Shown piece after piece: positions 9,436 to 19,518 of a stretch of 64,000 bases of DNA. Position 1 is the stretch's first letter. The number at the start of each line of letters is the position of its first letter. Both the position numbers and the translations under genes were made by a program. Source of the stretch: Candidatus Bathyarchaeota archaeon (lineage in GTDB: Archaea; Thermoproteota; Bathyarchaeia; Bathyarchaeales; Bathycorpusculaceae); the NCBI GenBank assembly GCA_963775685.1, contig CAVZJV010000014.1:1568001-1632000 (forward strand). The letters run 5' to 3'. The notes under the pieces are model-generated. The model was not told where the DNA came from. It worked only from the letters and a program-made list of their open reading frames with translations, and searched no databases.

Positions 9436-10398
9436 ATGGAAAAAAAGCTCCTCCTCCAAAACAATGGCAACAATCAAAAAGCAAAAGAAATCAGCATACT
9501 GACCGACTCGCAACAACTTAAAACAATCTTAGGCAGCCTCAGCTGGAAAATCCTCACTCTACTCTCAACAAAAGAAATGTACCCTCTTGAAATCGCAAAG
9601 CATCTCGGCGTGCATGAACAAAAAATCTACTACCATATAAGAAAGCTCACCAAAGCCGGAGCAATCGCGATTGTAAAGGAAGAAAAAAAGAAAGGAGCCA
9701 TTGCAAAATATTACAGAACCGTTTCCACAGCCTTCGGAATCGAATTCCAACATGGCTACAAACCAATCCAAAATATATGCACCCTTTGCCTCGATGAGCA
9801 ACTGCAGAAATTCTTCAAAGAATTCATAAATAACGGCGTTTTTGATGGAAAAATCGTGGTTGGCAGCCCCCAGCCGCATGGACCCTTCAAAACCAGCGCG
9901 CGAGACGGCCACTATGCCGCGCATTTAGCGCTTTTTTTGGGGCAATTCGCCAAGATGCCCACGGAATTTGTGGTGAAGTTGGACGTCGACGTGAAGGTAG
10001 AGAAGGAGGAAAAAAACAACCTCATCCTTATGGGTGGTCCAGGAACGAACTTGTTAACGCAGGAAGTTAACGACTATTTATCCATCAAATTCGTCATGCA
10101 ATCCTCAGGACAGGGCTTTTTGCTGGGCGGTTTATCATCGAAGAAGAGTGGGCAGGTTTTCACTTCGGACGTTTCAGGTGTCATTGCAAAAATCATAAAT
10201 CCGTGGGATAGCACCAAATGCATAGTGGTTTTAGCTGGCAACAAAGCAGTTGGAACCAAAGCGTGCGTGTTGGCATTGACCAATTTCTGGAAGAAAACGC
10301 TGGAGAATTATAAGGGGGAGGACACTTTTGCTGTGGCTATTCATGGGTTTGATTTGGACGGGGATGGTAAAGTGGATTCGATTGAGGTTAGCGAGTAA
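9436..10398 (+). CDS. ArsR-like HTH regulator fused to an uncharacterised C-terminal alpha/beta domain
   Basis: N-terminal wHTH (YPLEIAKHLGVHEQKIYYHIRKL); C-terminal NLILMGGPGTN and DLDGDGKVD motifs. Confidence 0.8.
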   Translation: MEKKLLLQNNGNNQKAKEISILTDSQQLKTILGSLSWKILTLLSTKEMYPLEIAKHLGVHEQKIYYHIRKLTKAGAIAIVKEEKKKGAIAKYYRTVSTAFGIEFQHGYKPIQNICTLCLDEQLQKFFKEFINNGVFDGKIVVGSPQPHGPFKTSARDGHYAAHLALFLGQFAKMPTEFVVKLDVDVKVEKEEKNNLILMGGPGTNLLTQEVNDYLSIKFVMQSSGQGFLLGGLSSKKSGQVFTSDVSGVIAKIINPWDSTKCIVVLAGNKAVGTKACVLALTNFWKKTLENYKGEDTFAVAIHGFDLDGDGKVDSIEVSE

Positions 10399-10833
10399 TT
10401 GAGTTCCAAACAAACAATAGAAACATTCTGGGCTTTAGGACACCCAAATATTAGAGCTATCCACCCCACTACTCTGATGTTTACTAAGGATGTGCATGTT
10501 TCTAAGAACGGCGACTGCATAATTGCAATGACAGCGGACAAATCGGTTGCAGATTTAAGCGCTAAATTCAAGGAAAGACTGCGAATGACAAAAGCTGAAT
10601 TAACCATAATTATCGAATCAGGCAACTTTAGAGATGAAATCAAAGCACTTGGCTCACATAAGCTCTGTTTATGTCATTCAACTGACATAGTAATTAGGAA
10701 AAGCGATTATATCTGCAGTAGAACTTTGGCAATTTGTGCTGATAAATCGGCAAATGATTTGAAAAGAGTGCTCGTTGAAAAACTCCATGACCCTAAACAA
10801 AAAGTCAAAGTAACCTTAATTGTTGAAAGCTAA
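10399..10833 (+). CDS. DUF371 family protein
   Basis: GHPNIRAIHPTTL..TKD...GDCII; IVIRKSDY...RTLAI.ADKSA. Confidence 0.88.
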   Translation: MSSKQTIETFWALGHPNIRAIHPTTLMFTKDVHVSKNGDCIIAMTADKSVADLSAKFKERLRMTKAELTIIIESGNFRDEIKALGSHKLCLCHSTDIVIRKSDYICSRTLAICADKSANDLKRVLVEKLHDPKQKVKVTLIVES

Positions 10834-11900
10834 ACGATTTTGGCGTCTAACACAACCTGCGATTCAAAGGGCGCGGTTTCACGGATACTTTTAGAGTAAA
10901 GGTATGCGTCGACTCGTCGCCCATTTTTCTCGACCAACTCAGAGAATCGCTGCTTTAAGTTTTCTATCGAGTCGGGTGCGCGGACAAACCCATAAAAATG
11001 CACAACCCCGCCCTCAGATTTTATTGCACTGCAGGCAGCGTCTATGAAATCGATTGCGGTTTCAGGCAGGTTCATGATTACTCGGTCGGCGTTAGCTTTT
11101 AGTTTGGTTCGGGCAATTTCTCTGGCATCTGCAAGGATGGGGAAGACGCTTCCTTCAACCTTGTTTACGCGCACGTTCACCAAAAGCAACTCCACCGCGT
11201 CGGGATTTAGGTCAACAGCGTAAACCTTCACGATTGGATTTCTTTTGCCAATCAGAACCGAGAAGGGACCAACTCCTGCGAACAAGTCCGCAACTTTCTC
11301 GTTATCCTGAATTTGCGAAGCCACCCTTTCGTGTTCATGAGATAGCCGTGGAGAAAAGTAGGCTTTCGCTATGTCAACCTGGTATTGGCATCCGAATTCA
11401 CGGTGGATGGTTTTGGTTTTGTGTTCTCCAGCGATGTAGTCGTAGTCGCGGACGCGGAATATGCCGCTGATGTCGCTTGCTTTGGCAAGGACTGTTGTTA
11501 CGTTTTTTTGTGTTTGCAGGATTGCCTCGCCGATTGTGTTTTGGTGAGGTCTAAGTTGGGGTGGGATGTCGATTACGACGATGTCGCCGATTATATCAAA
11601 TGCTTGGGGCACAATGGATATCAAATCAGCGGGCAGTTTGTCTTGGAGGGCTTGCGCTAATGTTTCTGATGGCAACTGCTTTTTACTAAAAACAATGGTT
11701 AACAAATCAAATTTTGGTATCTGAGTTTTTAGTTTTGTTAATTCGAGTCCTTGGGGTTCCCTAATCAAGGGAATGAACAGGTTTTCTTCGTCTCTTTGGA
11801 TAAATAGAGATTTGTCGGCTAGCCCAAACTTAGTTACTAACGCGATTGTTTTTTCCCCGCTTGTCTTTGGAACTTTAATGCTAACCGATGGTCTGGGCAT
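10830..11900 (-). CDS. trm5: tRNA (guanine-37-N1) methyltransferase, Trm5 family
   Basis: FDIIGDI, YFSPRLSHE, DLFAGVGPF SAM motif, DRVIMNLP. Confidence 0.9.
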   Translation of the reverse strand: MPRPSVSIKVPKTSGEKTIALVTKFGLADKSLFIQRDEENLFIPLIREPQGLELTKLKTQIPKFDLLTIVFSKKQLPSETLAQALQDKLPADLISIVPQAFDIIGDIVVIDIPPQLRPHQNTIGEAILQTQKNVTTVLAKASDISGIFRVRDYDYIAGEHKTKTIHREFGCQYQVDIAKAYFSPRLSHEHERVASQIQDNEKVADLFAGVGPFSVLIGKRNPIVKVYAVDLNPDAVELLLVNVRVNKVEGSVFPILADAREIARTKLKANADRVIMNLPETAIDFIDAACSAIKSEGGVVHFYGFVRAPDSIENLKQRFSELVEKNGRRVDAYLYSKSIRETAPFESQVVLDAKIV

Positions 11901-11905
11901 AGCGT

Positions 11906-12940
11906 TCAGCTTTTTTCTATCCTATAGAGGTATCCTAACTTTTCAATCATGAATTTAACGTTTAACATTTTTTCCATCAGCCAAATGTTGGATTCGAGAT
12001 GCTCGGAGAAGGTTCGCGTCACGAAGGCTGATTTGCCCTGGGCGAGCGCTATATAGGGAATGAGCATGTCCGCCAAGAAAACATCAACCGTCGGCTGGGC
12101 TGATAGCTCAGATAGGAGTTTTTGGGCTGCCTCTTTGCCGACTGCCTCAGCCATCTTCCGCAGTTCCCCAATTGCGTCAGCGCCTACGATTACTCCGGTA
12201 TCGGTTTGTGCCCACAAAACAATTGAGCTGCCTTTTTGGATAGGATTTGATTGATCGTTTACGATTTGTATTTCGGGGTTGTAACCGTTCTGTGAAAGGC
12301 AATCTTTTGCTGCCTCAGCTTGTCTCTTGGCAACTTGCCTTTCAGCAAGGTAGGTACATAGGGAAACACCCTTAATCGTTTCAAGCATGCCAAAAGTCTC
12401 GAGCTGAAAGGGTTTAAGATGCTTATTGGCCTTAATCGTCATCGTTGCTTCACCCATCCCTTTAGGGTAATAACCGTATTTTTGAACAGAAATTTCTGCT
12501 TCAACGCCCATTCGCTTCAACGCTGGCAAAAGCACGTTTTTTAGGTAGTTGATGGTTGGGGCATGACTTGTGTCGGTTCCGCCTTTAGCAACATGCACAC
12601 GCACCGAACTTTGGGAAAACAAACAAATGGGTAAGGTCGCCAAGAACAACATGGGAATACTGCCTGCAGTTTCAATTACCGCTTCAACGTTGCCGCCGCT
12701 GATTTCCTGCGGGGTAAACCAAAGTTCCCTTGAGCCTAACGTCGCTCCTTGGATTTTGGCGTTGCAAAGTTTACCTGCAGTTAACACAGCTTCAAGATGT
12801 TGAGGTTTTAAGCCTGGCTTCGGACGGTTTTGCCTTATATTAGTTATGTGAAGAGGCTGCTTGGTGATGGCAGATAATGCTATGGATAGACGAAGAATGG
12901 TACCGCTTCCGCTTTTTTGACTTCCATCGATTTCAATCAT
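11906..12940 (-). CDS. rtcA: RNA 3'-terminal phosphate cyclase
   Basis: IEIDGS..SGTILR, RPKPGLKPQH, GGTD, GYYPKGMG, SEHLESN (catalytic His). Confidence 0.95.
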   Translation of the reverse strand: MIEIDGSQKSGSGTILRLSIALSAITKQPLHITNIRQNRPKPGLKPQHLEAVLTAGKLCNAKIQGATLGSRELWFTPQEISGGNVEAVIETAGSIPMLFLATLPICLFSQSSVRVHVAKGGTDTSHAPTINYLKNVLLPALKRMGVEAEISVQKYGYYPKGMGEATMTIKANKHLKPFQLETFGMLETIKGVSLCTYLAERQVAKRQAEAAKDCLSQNGYNPEIQIVNDQSNPIQKGSSIVLWAQTDTGVIVGADAIGELRKMAEAVGKEAAQKLLSELSAQPTVDVFLADMLIPYIALAQGKSAFVTRTFSEHLESNIWLMEKMLNVKFMIEKLGYLYRIEKS

Positions 12941-13019
12941 GCGGGTTCTTCACTGTATAAGTGGGTTGCAAACAATTAATAAGCGTCTGGGTTATTTAGG
13001 AGTTTAAGAGGGAGCATTC

Positions 13020-13460
13020 TTGAGTACTGAGAAGGAAAAACTCGATCAGCTTTTGCAAAGAGTCGAAGAAATTTCAGTTACTTTAAATAGGGTTTCAGAA
13101 GAGTTGCGGTCTGTTTCGGCATCGCTTAAATCGCTTGCGGTCGGCCAAATCACTCAGCCAACAAGTAAGACCTACACCTCAAGTCCTTCGGCATCTCCAT
13201 CTCCATCTCCAACACCAGCATCCTCAGCCGGGCCATCCTCAAGGCTAAGATCGCTAGATGACATCCGCATGTCCTTCCCCGAAGAACTCGAAGCACGACT
13301 AAGCTTCGAAGAAAAAGGTGACTACATCATCATAAAACCCAAACAGTTTTTGGGCTCAGAGAACTTTGCGAAAATCGCTTCCGCGGTACGTGGGATGGGG
13401 GGCGAATATATTAGCGCTGGGAAAGATTCGCATTTTAGGGTGCCCAAGAAAAAAGCGTAA
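13020..13460 (+). CDS. Hypothetical protein: N-terminal coiled coil, Ser/Pro linker, small C-terminal domain
   Basis: Heptad-like N-terminus, SPSASPSPSPTP linker, compact C-terminal domain ending GGEYISAGKDSHFRVPKK. Confidence 0.75.
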   Translation: MSTEKEKLDQLLQRVEEISVTLNRVSEELRSVSASLKSLAVGQITQPTSKTYTSSPSASPSPSPTPASSAGPSSRLRSLDDIRMSFPEELEARLSFEEKGDYIIIKPKQFLGSENFAKIASAVRGMGGEYISAGKDSHFRVPKKKA

Positions 13461-13465
13461 CGAAA

Positions 13466-13738
13466 TTAAAGTGCAGTGAAATTCGAAAATTCGCCCTTAA
13501 AAGGTCCAAAAATAACATCCAGATTAGTCACTCTTGCAAAAGGAGGACCCTGACGACAATAGTTAACGAGCATTTTCACCGCATGTTCTTCACCCTCAAA
13601 AACCGCTTCCACTCGCCCATCAATCAGATTTCGCACCCAACCCGTAACGCCTAAGTTTTGCGCCTCAATTAGAGTGCTTTGTCTAAAGAAAACGCCCTGA
13701 ACTCGTCCAGAAACGAATAAGTGTGCTCTAACTTTCAT
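13466..13738 (-). CDS. acyP: Acylphosphatase
   Basis: [10 protein letters not shown] and GWVRN..DGRVE signatures. Confidence 0.95.
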   Translation of the reverse strand: MKVRAHLFVSGRVQGVFFRQSTLIEAQNLGVTGWVRNLIDGRVEAVFEGEEHAVKMLVNYCRQGPPFARVTNLDVIFGPFKGEFSNFTAL

Positions 13739-13807
13739 AGACTTTCTTCGAAATAAAGAGAAGATGAGGTTTAAAAATACAATTTCGACAAAAAGAAAAA
13801 ATGGATT

Positions 13808-14275
13808 TTACCATGGCTCGATTTTTTCGCCCACGGTGTATAAAAATAGGTTTGCTGAGGGTGGTCCTAGCCACTTGAACTTGTTGACTAAATCCTTGAC
13901 TGCATGTTCATAGTTGTTTGACTTGTCTAGGCTGTCGATGTATTTTTGGAATGAACCGTACTGTTTCTCTATGGCTACAAAATTCTGAGCATTCTGTATG
14001 ATTGCTTTGATTTTGCCTTTGTTTCTTACTATGCCTTGGTCTCTCATCAGGCTTTCAACATCGGAGGCTGTGAAGTTTGCGACCTCGCTGATTTCAAAAT
14101 TTGCAAAAGCCTTCTTTGTTGTCGGCCACTTGCTGTCGATTACGTGCCAGTTTAAGCCTGCTTGAAAAATCACTCGGCACATATTCTCAAAGTATACACT
14201 ATCATTTGAGGGTATTTTGTCTCGGCACCACCAATCAGGCATCTGCCAACCTTCGTGTTCTTGCATAAAATTCAA
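13808..14275 (-). CDS. tag: DNA-3-methyladenine glycosylase I-like protein
   Basis: FE...IFQAGLNW, F..F...VA.F, GIVRNKGKI.AII.NA, FKWLGP. Confidence 0.85.
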   Translation of the reverse strand: MNFMQEHEGWQMPDWWCRDKIPSNDSVYFENMCRVIFQAGLNWHVIDSKWPTTKKAFANFEISEVANFTASDVESLMRDQGIVRNKGKIKAIIQNAQNFVAIEKQYGSFQKYIDSLDKSNNYEHAVKDLVNKFKWLGPPSANLFLYTVGEKIEPW

Positions 14276-14285
14276 ACCTAAAAAT

Positions 14286-14711
14286 CTATTTCCATTCCCA
14301 GATTGTAACGTTCATTTCCATCCACATTGGGTCTGTTGCTTCAAAAGTAACCAGAGCAATAGTGTTATTAAGCCAACCAAGTTTCTCGGACATAGTCATG
14401 AAACTCCATAAGCCTACACTTTTTGGGTTCGCGCCCGGCATCATTTTCATAAGATCAAAGCCTTTTATTGTACCCATATCGCCGGTCATAGTCATTAGCA
14501 TGCCTTGATCCAGCGATCCAGCTAAGCCTTTTGGCGGAGTCATGCTCTTACCTGTCACGTTGAGGTTGCAGTCAACGCCTTTAGCTTTCCCCATGCCTTT
14601 CATTTGGGCCGTCCAAGTATAAACCGAAGTTACGCCGTTCATATCGATTGACTTTATGAAACTTGCGCCACTTTTGCCTTTGCCTTCCCAAAGTTTTTCA
14701 CCTATTGTCAT
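14286..14711 (-). CDS. Hypothetical Met/Gly-rich all-beta protein
   Basis: GAGGTGA RBS; clean ORF; alternating beta-strand pattern. Confidence 0.75.
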   Translation of the reverse strand: MTIGEKLWEGKGKSGASFIKSIDMNGVTSVYTWTAQMKGMGKAKGVDCNLNVTGKSMTPPKGLAGSLDQGMLMTMTGDMGTIKGFDLMKMMPGANPKSVGLWSFMTMSEKLGWLNNTIALVTFEATDPMWMEMNVTIWEWK

Positions 14712-14882
14712 TTTTTATTTTCACCTCTATAAAGAAGGGTTTTTTGCTTGGAATTTAAGTCGTTGTGGTTGCCCTTGTACAGTAACAATTAAGTCTCTTC
14801 TGGTTTACTTTCACTCAACCCTCTACTGCTCGGAGGTGTCGGTGTTTGACTTGTTTTAGAAAGGTATTCCGCCGATTACCGT

Positions 14883-15234
14883 TTGGTGGTTAGCTTGTTT
14901 AAGGTCAACTGTGGAAAACTGATGGTTTATGCCTCAACAGGTATTCCCAGTGGGAAAAGGTTGAAATCTGTCAGGACTGCTGCAAAAGAAACTGCTAAGC
15001 GTTTGAATCTGGATTTTGAGATGGTTCGTTTGGAGAGGGCATCTTCGCCAATTTATGTCTATTATGAAGAGAGCGATGGGGATGAGCCCTATTCCACTTT
15101 ATTGTGATGAAGGCAAAATTTCGGGGTTAGACGAAATTAGTAGCAAACTCAGAAACATGATGTTTGTGTTGTCTTTTCACCCGAACCATTCAGCCTTGAA
15201 AGAAATAAGAAAAGAACTTCTCAAACTTTCATAA
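14883..15234 (+). pseudogene. Hypothetical protein split by a +1 frameshift near 15087
   Basis: Two overlapping ORFs join as ...YYEESDGDEP/IPLYCDEGK... if one C of GAGCCCTATT is removed. Confidence 0.65.
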
Positions 15235-15544
15235 AACGAATCGCTTGGTTCTCAAGGGCAACCTCATAAACCTGGTTCACATCGAAGGTTACGCCAAAGT
15301 TGTCGTATTCTTGTTCAGTTAAAAACAAGATTATTTTCGGTGTTGCCATCTGTGTGCGTTGAGGCAAAAACGGCATTTGGGTTTGGAGCGCTTGCATGAT
15401 GTCCTGCGCCATCTTGGCTTCGTCCGATTGAGGTCTAACCACGTAAGGGTTGATTTCTCGTTCTTCAAGGAGTTCGATTCTTTTTCCAAGGTTGCCATCT
15501 AAGTCGCGGGTGGATTCGATTTTGTTGACTCTAACGCGGAACAA
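15221..15544 (-). CDS. Arcadin-1 homolog
   Basis: Motif pattern D..G...K.I...EE.E and P.I.LFLTE.E...FG..FDV..VYE...EN.AI matches my recollection of Pyrobaculum arcadin-1. Confidence 0.75.
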   Translation of the reverse strand: MFRVRVNKIESTRDLDGNLGKRIELLEEREINPYVVRPQSDEAKMAQDIMQALQTQMPFLPQRTQMATPKIILFLTEQEYDNFGVTFDVNQVYEVALENQAIRFMKV

Positions 15545-15759
15545 TCAATTCACACTCTCAATAAGGATAGACAGTCTTAGATTTAATTGTTTACACCTAC
15601 CGCAGTGCAGTTTGCTTCTCAAGGTATCTTTCAAACCTAAAGCTTTTTGAATGAGCTATGATTTAGCAAGTTCGGCCTTACACTGTACACTCAAACGCTT
15701 CAAAATGGCCCCACCAAACTGGCAAGTTCCTTGTTTTGTCTAAAAAACGGTTTGCACTC

Positions 15760-16353
15760 TTAAGTTGGGGTAGGTGAAGAATCATTTTTTTCTTCTTTTT
15801 TGATTTCGGTAATTCTTTTATCTAGAAGTTTTAGTCGATCCCGCATTGTTTTTACTGCTTCGTAAATGTGTTTGCGTTCATGCTCTAACTGTTTGAGGTT
15901 GCGTTCATTACCAATTTGCTCTTCAAGGAAAGGTGATAACGGTGAAGGCATGTTAGGCACTGACCAGTTTTCCAATTCTATGTTTAAGACGTCTCGGGCG
16001 AATTCACGGAAAAGGTTGCCGATGTTGTTTGTGATTTCTGTTTGCTTTAGGATTGCTTTTCTTAGGATTTGTTCTCCGGATTCGGTAATTTGGTAAACTC
16101 TCAGACGCCGATTCTTTTGAGATTGCCACTGCCCCTTGATGAATCCGGATTTTTCGAGGTCACGCAGAATTGGGTAGACCCCGCCTGCTGTGGGTTGCCA
16201 GAAACCTTTGGTTCGGCTGTTGATTTCTTTCATGATTTCGTAGCCGTGGGAAGGTTTCTTGTTAATGAGAATTAGTACGCCCATGCGTATGATTCCTTTT
16301 TGGGCTTCTTTCATCCAGTTTGCGGTTGTCTTGTCTTCCGTTTCTGTTGTCAT
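15760..16353 (-). CDS. PadR family transcriptional regulator with C-terminal coiled coil
   Basis: HGYEIMKEI...GGVYPILRDLEKSG...RVYQITESG. Confidence 0.92.
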   Translation of the reverse strand: MTTETEDKTTANWMKEAQKGIIRMGVLILINKKPSHGYEIMKEINSRTKGFWQPTAGGVYPILRDLEKSGFIKGQWQSQKNRRLRVYQITESGEQILRKAILKQTEITNNIGNLFREFARDVLNIELENWSVPNMPSPLSPFLEEQIGNERNLKQLEHERKHIYEAVKTMRDRLKLLDKRITEIKKEEKNDSSPTPT

Positions 16354-16399
16354 TAAGAATCTAATCTATAGTAGATATGGGGAATACTTATATTTTGCC

Positions 16400-16411
16400 G
16401 CAATATATTGC
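16400..16411. promoter_or_regulatory. Putative PadR operator (GCAATATATTGC)
   Basis: Perfect 12-bp palindrome between divergent padR and ABC genes. Confidence 0.45.
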
Positions 16412-16442
16412 ACTGAATAATATTGAAGCGTGGTCTCAACAA

Positions 16443-17462
16443 ATGGATAACGGCAACATTATTGAAGTTAACAACTTAACCAAGATGTTTGGAAAGTTCA
16501 CCGCAGTAGACGACATCTCATTTGACGTCAAGAAAGGCGAAATATTCGGCTTGCTAGGGCCAAACGGTGCAGGAAAAAGCACCACCTTAAGAATGCTTTC
16601 CACACTCTCAAGACCAACCAAAGGATCAGCAACCATCGGAGGATACGATACGGTAAAACACGACATGGACGTACGCAAACTAATAGGTATTGTTTCAGAA
16701 AAAATGATCATTTACAACCGTCTAACGGCCAAAGAAAACCTCTGGTTCTTTGGTAGCCTCTTCAACATTCCAAAAGATACACTAAACAAAAGAATCGATG
16801 AATTACTCGAACTTGTTCAACTTTCAAAATGGAAGAACGCCCAAGTTGGAACATTCTCAACAGGCATGCGTCAGAGAATGAACGTTGTTCGTGCCTTACT
16901 TAACATGCCTCAGGTACTGTTCCTTGATGAACCTACGTTAGGTTTAGACCCTCAGTCATCAGTTGAAATCAGGGATTTTGTGAAAAAACTCAACCAGGAA
17001 CAAGGAACCACAGTCATAATAACTACTCATATGATGCTTGACGCTGATTTGCTCTGCGACCGCATAGCAATCGTTGACCATGGAAAAATCATCGCGCTTG
17101 ACACTTCAACTAATCTTAAAAAGATAATTTCAGGAGGAGATACCATGATTATTAAACTTGAAATCGCTAACTTAACACCCGACCTAGTCACCTCAATAAA
17201 AGGGCTCAAATGTGCAGACGCTGTAACCCAAGAAAACTTGACAAGTCTGCATCTTATTGTTCACGGCGAAGAAGCTTTTGATAATATAATCGATACCGTT
17301 AGAGAAAAAAATGGAAAAATTACTTCAATGGCTAACCTTCAGCCTTCCCTAGAAGACGTATTCTTGCATATAACTGGTCACGAAGTTAGGGACAACGCAG
17401 ACCAGAAAATTCCGATGGAGCATGGTCCAAAGTTTGGTGCATCGCCAAGGAGAGTCAGGTGA
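16443..17462 (+). CDS. ABC-2 (DrrA-like) exporter ATP-binding protein
   Basis: GPNGAGKST, FSTGMRQR, LFLDEPT, TTH, C-terminal PSLEDVFL; start placed at MDNGN. Confidence 0.95.
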   Translation: MDNGNIIEVNNLTKMFGKFTAVDDISFDVKKGEIFGLLGPNGAGKSTTLRMLSTLSRPTKGSATIGGYDTVKHDMDVRKLIGIVSEKMIIYNRLTAKENLWFFGSLFNIPKDTLNKRIDELLELVQLSKWKNAQVGTFSTGMRQRMNVVRALLNMPQVLFLDEPTLGLDPQSSVEIRDFVKKLNQEQGTTVIITTHMMLDADLLCDRIAIVDHGKIIALDTSTNLKKIISGGDTMIIKLEIANLTPDLVTSIKGLKCADAVTQENLTSLHLIVHGEEAFDNIIDTVREKNGKITSMANLQPSLEDVFLHITGHEVRDNADQKIPMEHGPKFGASPRRVR

Positions 17463-18652
17463 GTAAGATGACTGCAAAAACAGTTCTTCAGCACAGCTAT
17501 AGAATCGCTAAAAAAGACTTAACGGAACTGTTCAGAAACAGGCTTGGTTTAGTTCTTTTAATCGTTATGCCTTTATTTATGATGGTTATGGTAGGATTTA
17601 TTTACCCATCCAACGGTACGATAACTGATCTAAAAGTTGGCTTGGTCAACGAAGACTCAGGCTTTAACGGCGCCTTTTCTCCAAGTCAAGGCTTCATTAT
17701 GGGTCTAGATTCGATTAACAGTCAAACCCATATGCTCATCATAACCAACGTTAACAGCACCGCGGACCTCAAAGATATGGTACAGAGGGGGCAACTTCAG
17801 GGAGGCATAGACATTCCCAATAATTTCTCTCAAAGCATCATGTCTGGGCAGCAGGGCACTCTCATAATTGTAAGTGACGAATCTAACCCTCAGATATCCG
17901 CCACCATCCAAGCCGCGCTGACAGGTGTCTTTAACGCTATGGGACAACAGTTAGCCATACAAAATGTTTTGCCATTGAATGCCACAGACCCTCTGGCAGT
18001 TGTACAGCCCTATAAAGTACAAACCCAAGGTGTAGTTTCGGGTCACCCAAGCTACTTTGACTTCATTGCTCCAGGCATAATGGCCATGACCGTAATGATG
18101 AGTGTCATGACGGGTTTACCAGTAGCTATCTCACAAGAGAAAGAAATCGGCACCATGGATGGCATGATGGTTGCGCCCGTAAACAGACTCTCGATCCTGC
18201 TGGGCAAAACTATGGCTCAAACCGGCAGAGGCTTAATCCAGGGAGTCATAATCTTGGCCTTGGCGATTGGCATTTTCGGGGTGGCCATACAAGGCAGCAT
18301 CCTGCTGGTGTTTGCGCTACTCTTGCTTGGAGTGTTCAGTTTCGTCGGCTTAGGCATAGTCATAACATCTTTCACCAAGGACCAAGAAACTGCACAGATG
18401 CTCATGATGACACTGATGTTCCCGATGATGTTCCTTAGCGGAGTGTTCTTCCCCATACAGCAGATGCCTTGGTACATGCAGGACATAAGCAAATTACTGC
18501 CACTAACCTATGCGTCCGATGCTCTACGAAAAGTCATGGTGCTAGGCGCAGGCATACCGCAAATATCCACAGAACTCATAATACTCATCGTGTTCGGCAT
18601 AGTCATGATAGCAATCGCACTGCCAGTGTTCAGACGGATGATGACCAGATAG
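17459..18652 (+). CDS. ABC-2 exporter permease
   Basis: N-terminal TM, extracellular loop, EKEIGT motif, FLSGVFFP...LLPLTYA. Confidence 0.93.
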   Translation: MSKMTAKTVLQHSYRIAKKDLTELFRNRLGLVLLIVMPLFMMVMVGFIYPSNGTITDLKVGLVNEDSGFNGAFSPSQGFIMGLDSINSQTHMLIITNVNSTADLKDMVQRGQLQGGIDIPNNFSQSIMSGQQGTLIIVSDESNPQISATIQAALTGVFNAMGQQLAIQNVLPLNATDPLAVVQPYKVQTQGVVSGHPSYFDFIAPGIMAMTVMMSVMTGLPVAISQEKEIGTMDGMMVAPVNRLSILLGKTMAQTGRGLIQGVIILALAIGIFGVAIQGSILLVFALLLLGVFSFVGLGIVITSFTKDQETAQMLMMTLMFPMMFLSGVFFPIQQMPWYMQDISKLLPLTYASDALRKVMVLGAGIPQISTELIILIVFGIVMIAIALPVFRRMMTR

Positions 18653-18662
18653 GAGAACCAAA

Positions 18663-18818
18663 ATGAGCACACTCTGTTCCAAATGCCCCTTCTTCCAACT
18701 TGCCCCTTTGCTAAGACGCAAAAACGCTCGCAAACGCTGCCGCATCGAACCCCAAAGACAACTCCGTATCTACGAATGCAAAGACTTCCCCGAAAAAAAG
18801 GGACTCTTCAAAAATTAA
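18663..18818 (+). CDS. Basic 51-aa Cys-containing microprotein, not in the ORF track
   Basis: GGAG upstream, ATG 10 nt after the permease stop; MSTLCSKCPFFQLAPLLRRKNARKRCRIEPQRQLRIYECKDFPEKKGLFKN; followed by T-rich terminator. Confidence 0.55.
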   Translation: MSTLCSKCPFFQLAPLLRRKNARKRCRIEPQRQLRIYECKDFPEKKGLFKN

Positions 18819-18897
18819 TTATTTTTTTTACTTTTTTTGATCTTTCGGAAATAGAATTGTGGTTTTTTGAGGGTTTTCCATGCGAAAGGAAAAAATT

Positions 18898-19303
18898 TCA
18901 AGCCTTTACCTGATCGGCGTTCTGTCTTTCTTGGTAATCAGTTGTCGAGAAAGAAGAGAGAATTAGGATGCTAAGAAAGCATGGAATCCATATTCTAAAG
19001 TCCATGAAATAAACTAAGCCTGTGAACGGCAGGGCAACAATCAGAACATCAAGTATGAAAAACACCCTAGCCCAAACCAAGCCCATAATTAATCCTTCTT
19101 TTCATGCTGCCTGGTTTAGCAAACATAACAGAAGCAACCAACAAGACCGTCACAAAGCCGGGTGTAGCAATCCATACCAAAAGGCTATCCGTCTCAGTAG
19201 CCAAAGTTACGAACGCTGCAATCTCGACGGAGATGACTGCGTATATCAGCAGAGGATACAAGATAGGCTTCCTTGCCTTTTTCATCATAGTTAAAACTGA
19301 CAT
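18898..19303 (-). pseudogene. Small multi-pass membrane protein, frameshifted near 19075-19090
   Basis: Two overlapping hydrophobic ORFs (19067-19303 and 18898-19086). Confidence 0.5.
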
Positions 19304-19518
19304 TAATTCTTTTTCAAATGAATATGAGCAGTTAATGTTTAAGTTTGTTGTTTTGTTTAGGAATTTCTGAATCTCATGTAGCTGGCATATACGTAGATGG
19401 GAAAAAAATAATGATGGAAATCTGTAGAACGAGGTTGTTTACAGTTGTTTTGGTGGGTTGCTCCCGTTACGGTTTTATATGCAAACTCAGGCATACAAGA
19501 AGCAAGAAGAGATTCCTC

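Noticed and set aside
19345-19518. 58-aa N-terminal extension of ProRS
   Set aside because: Covers promoter-like DNA; homology begins at MSDIG (19519)
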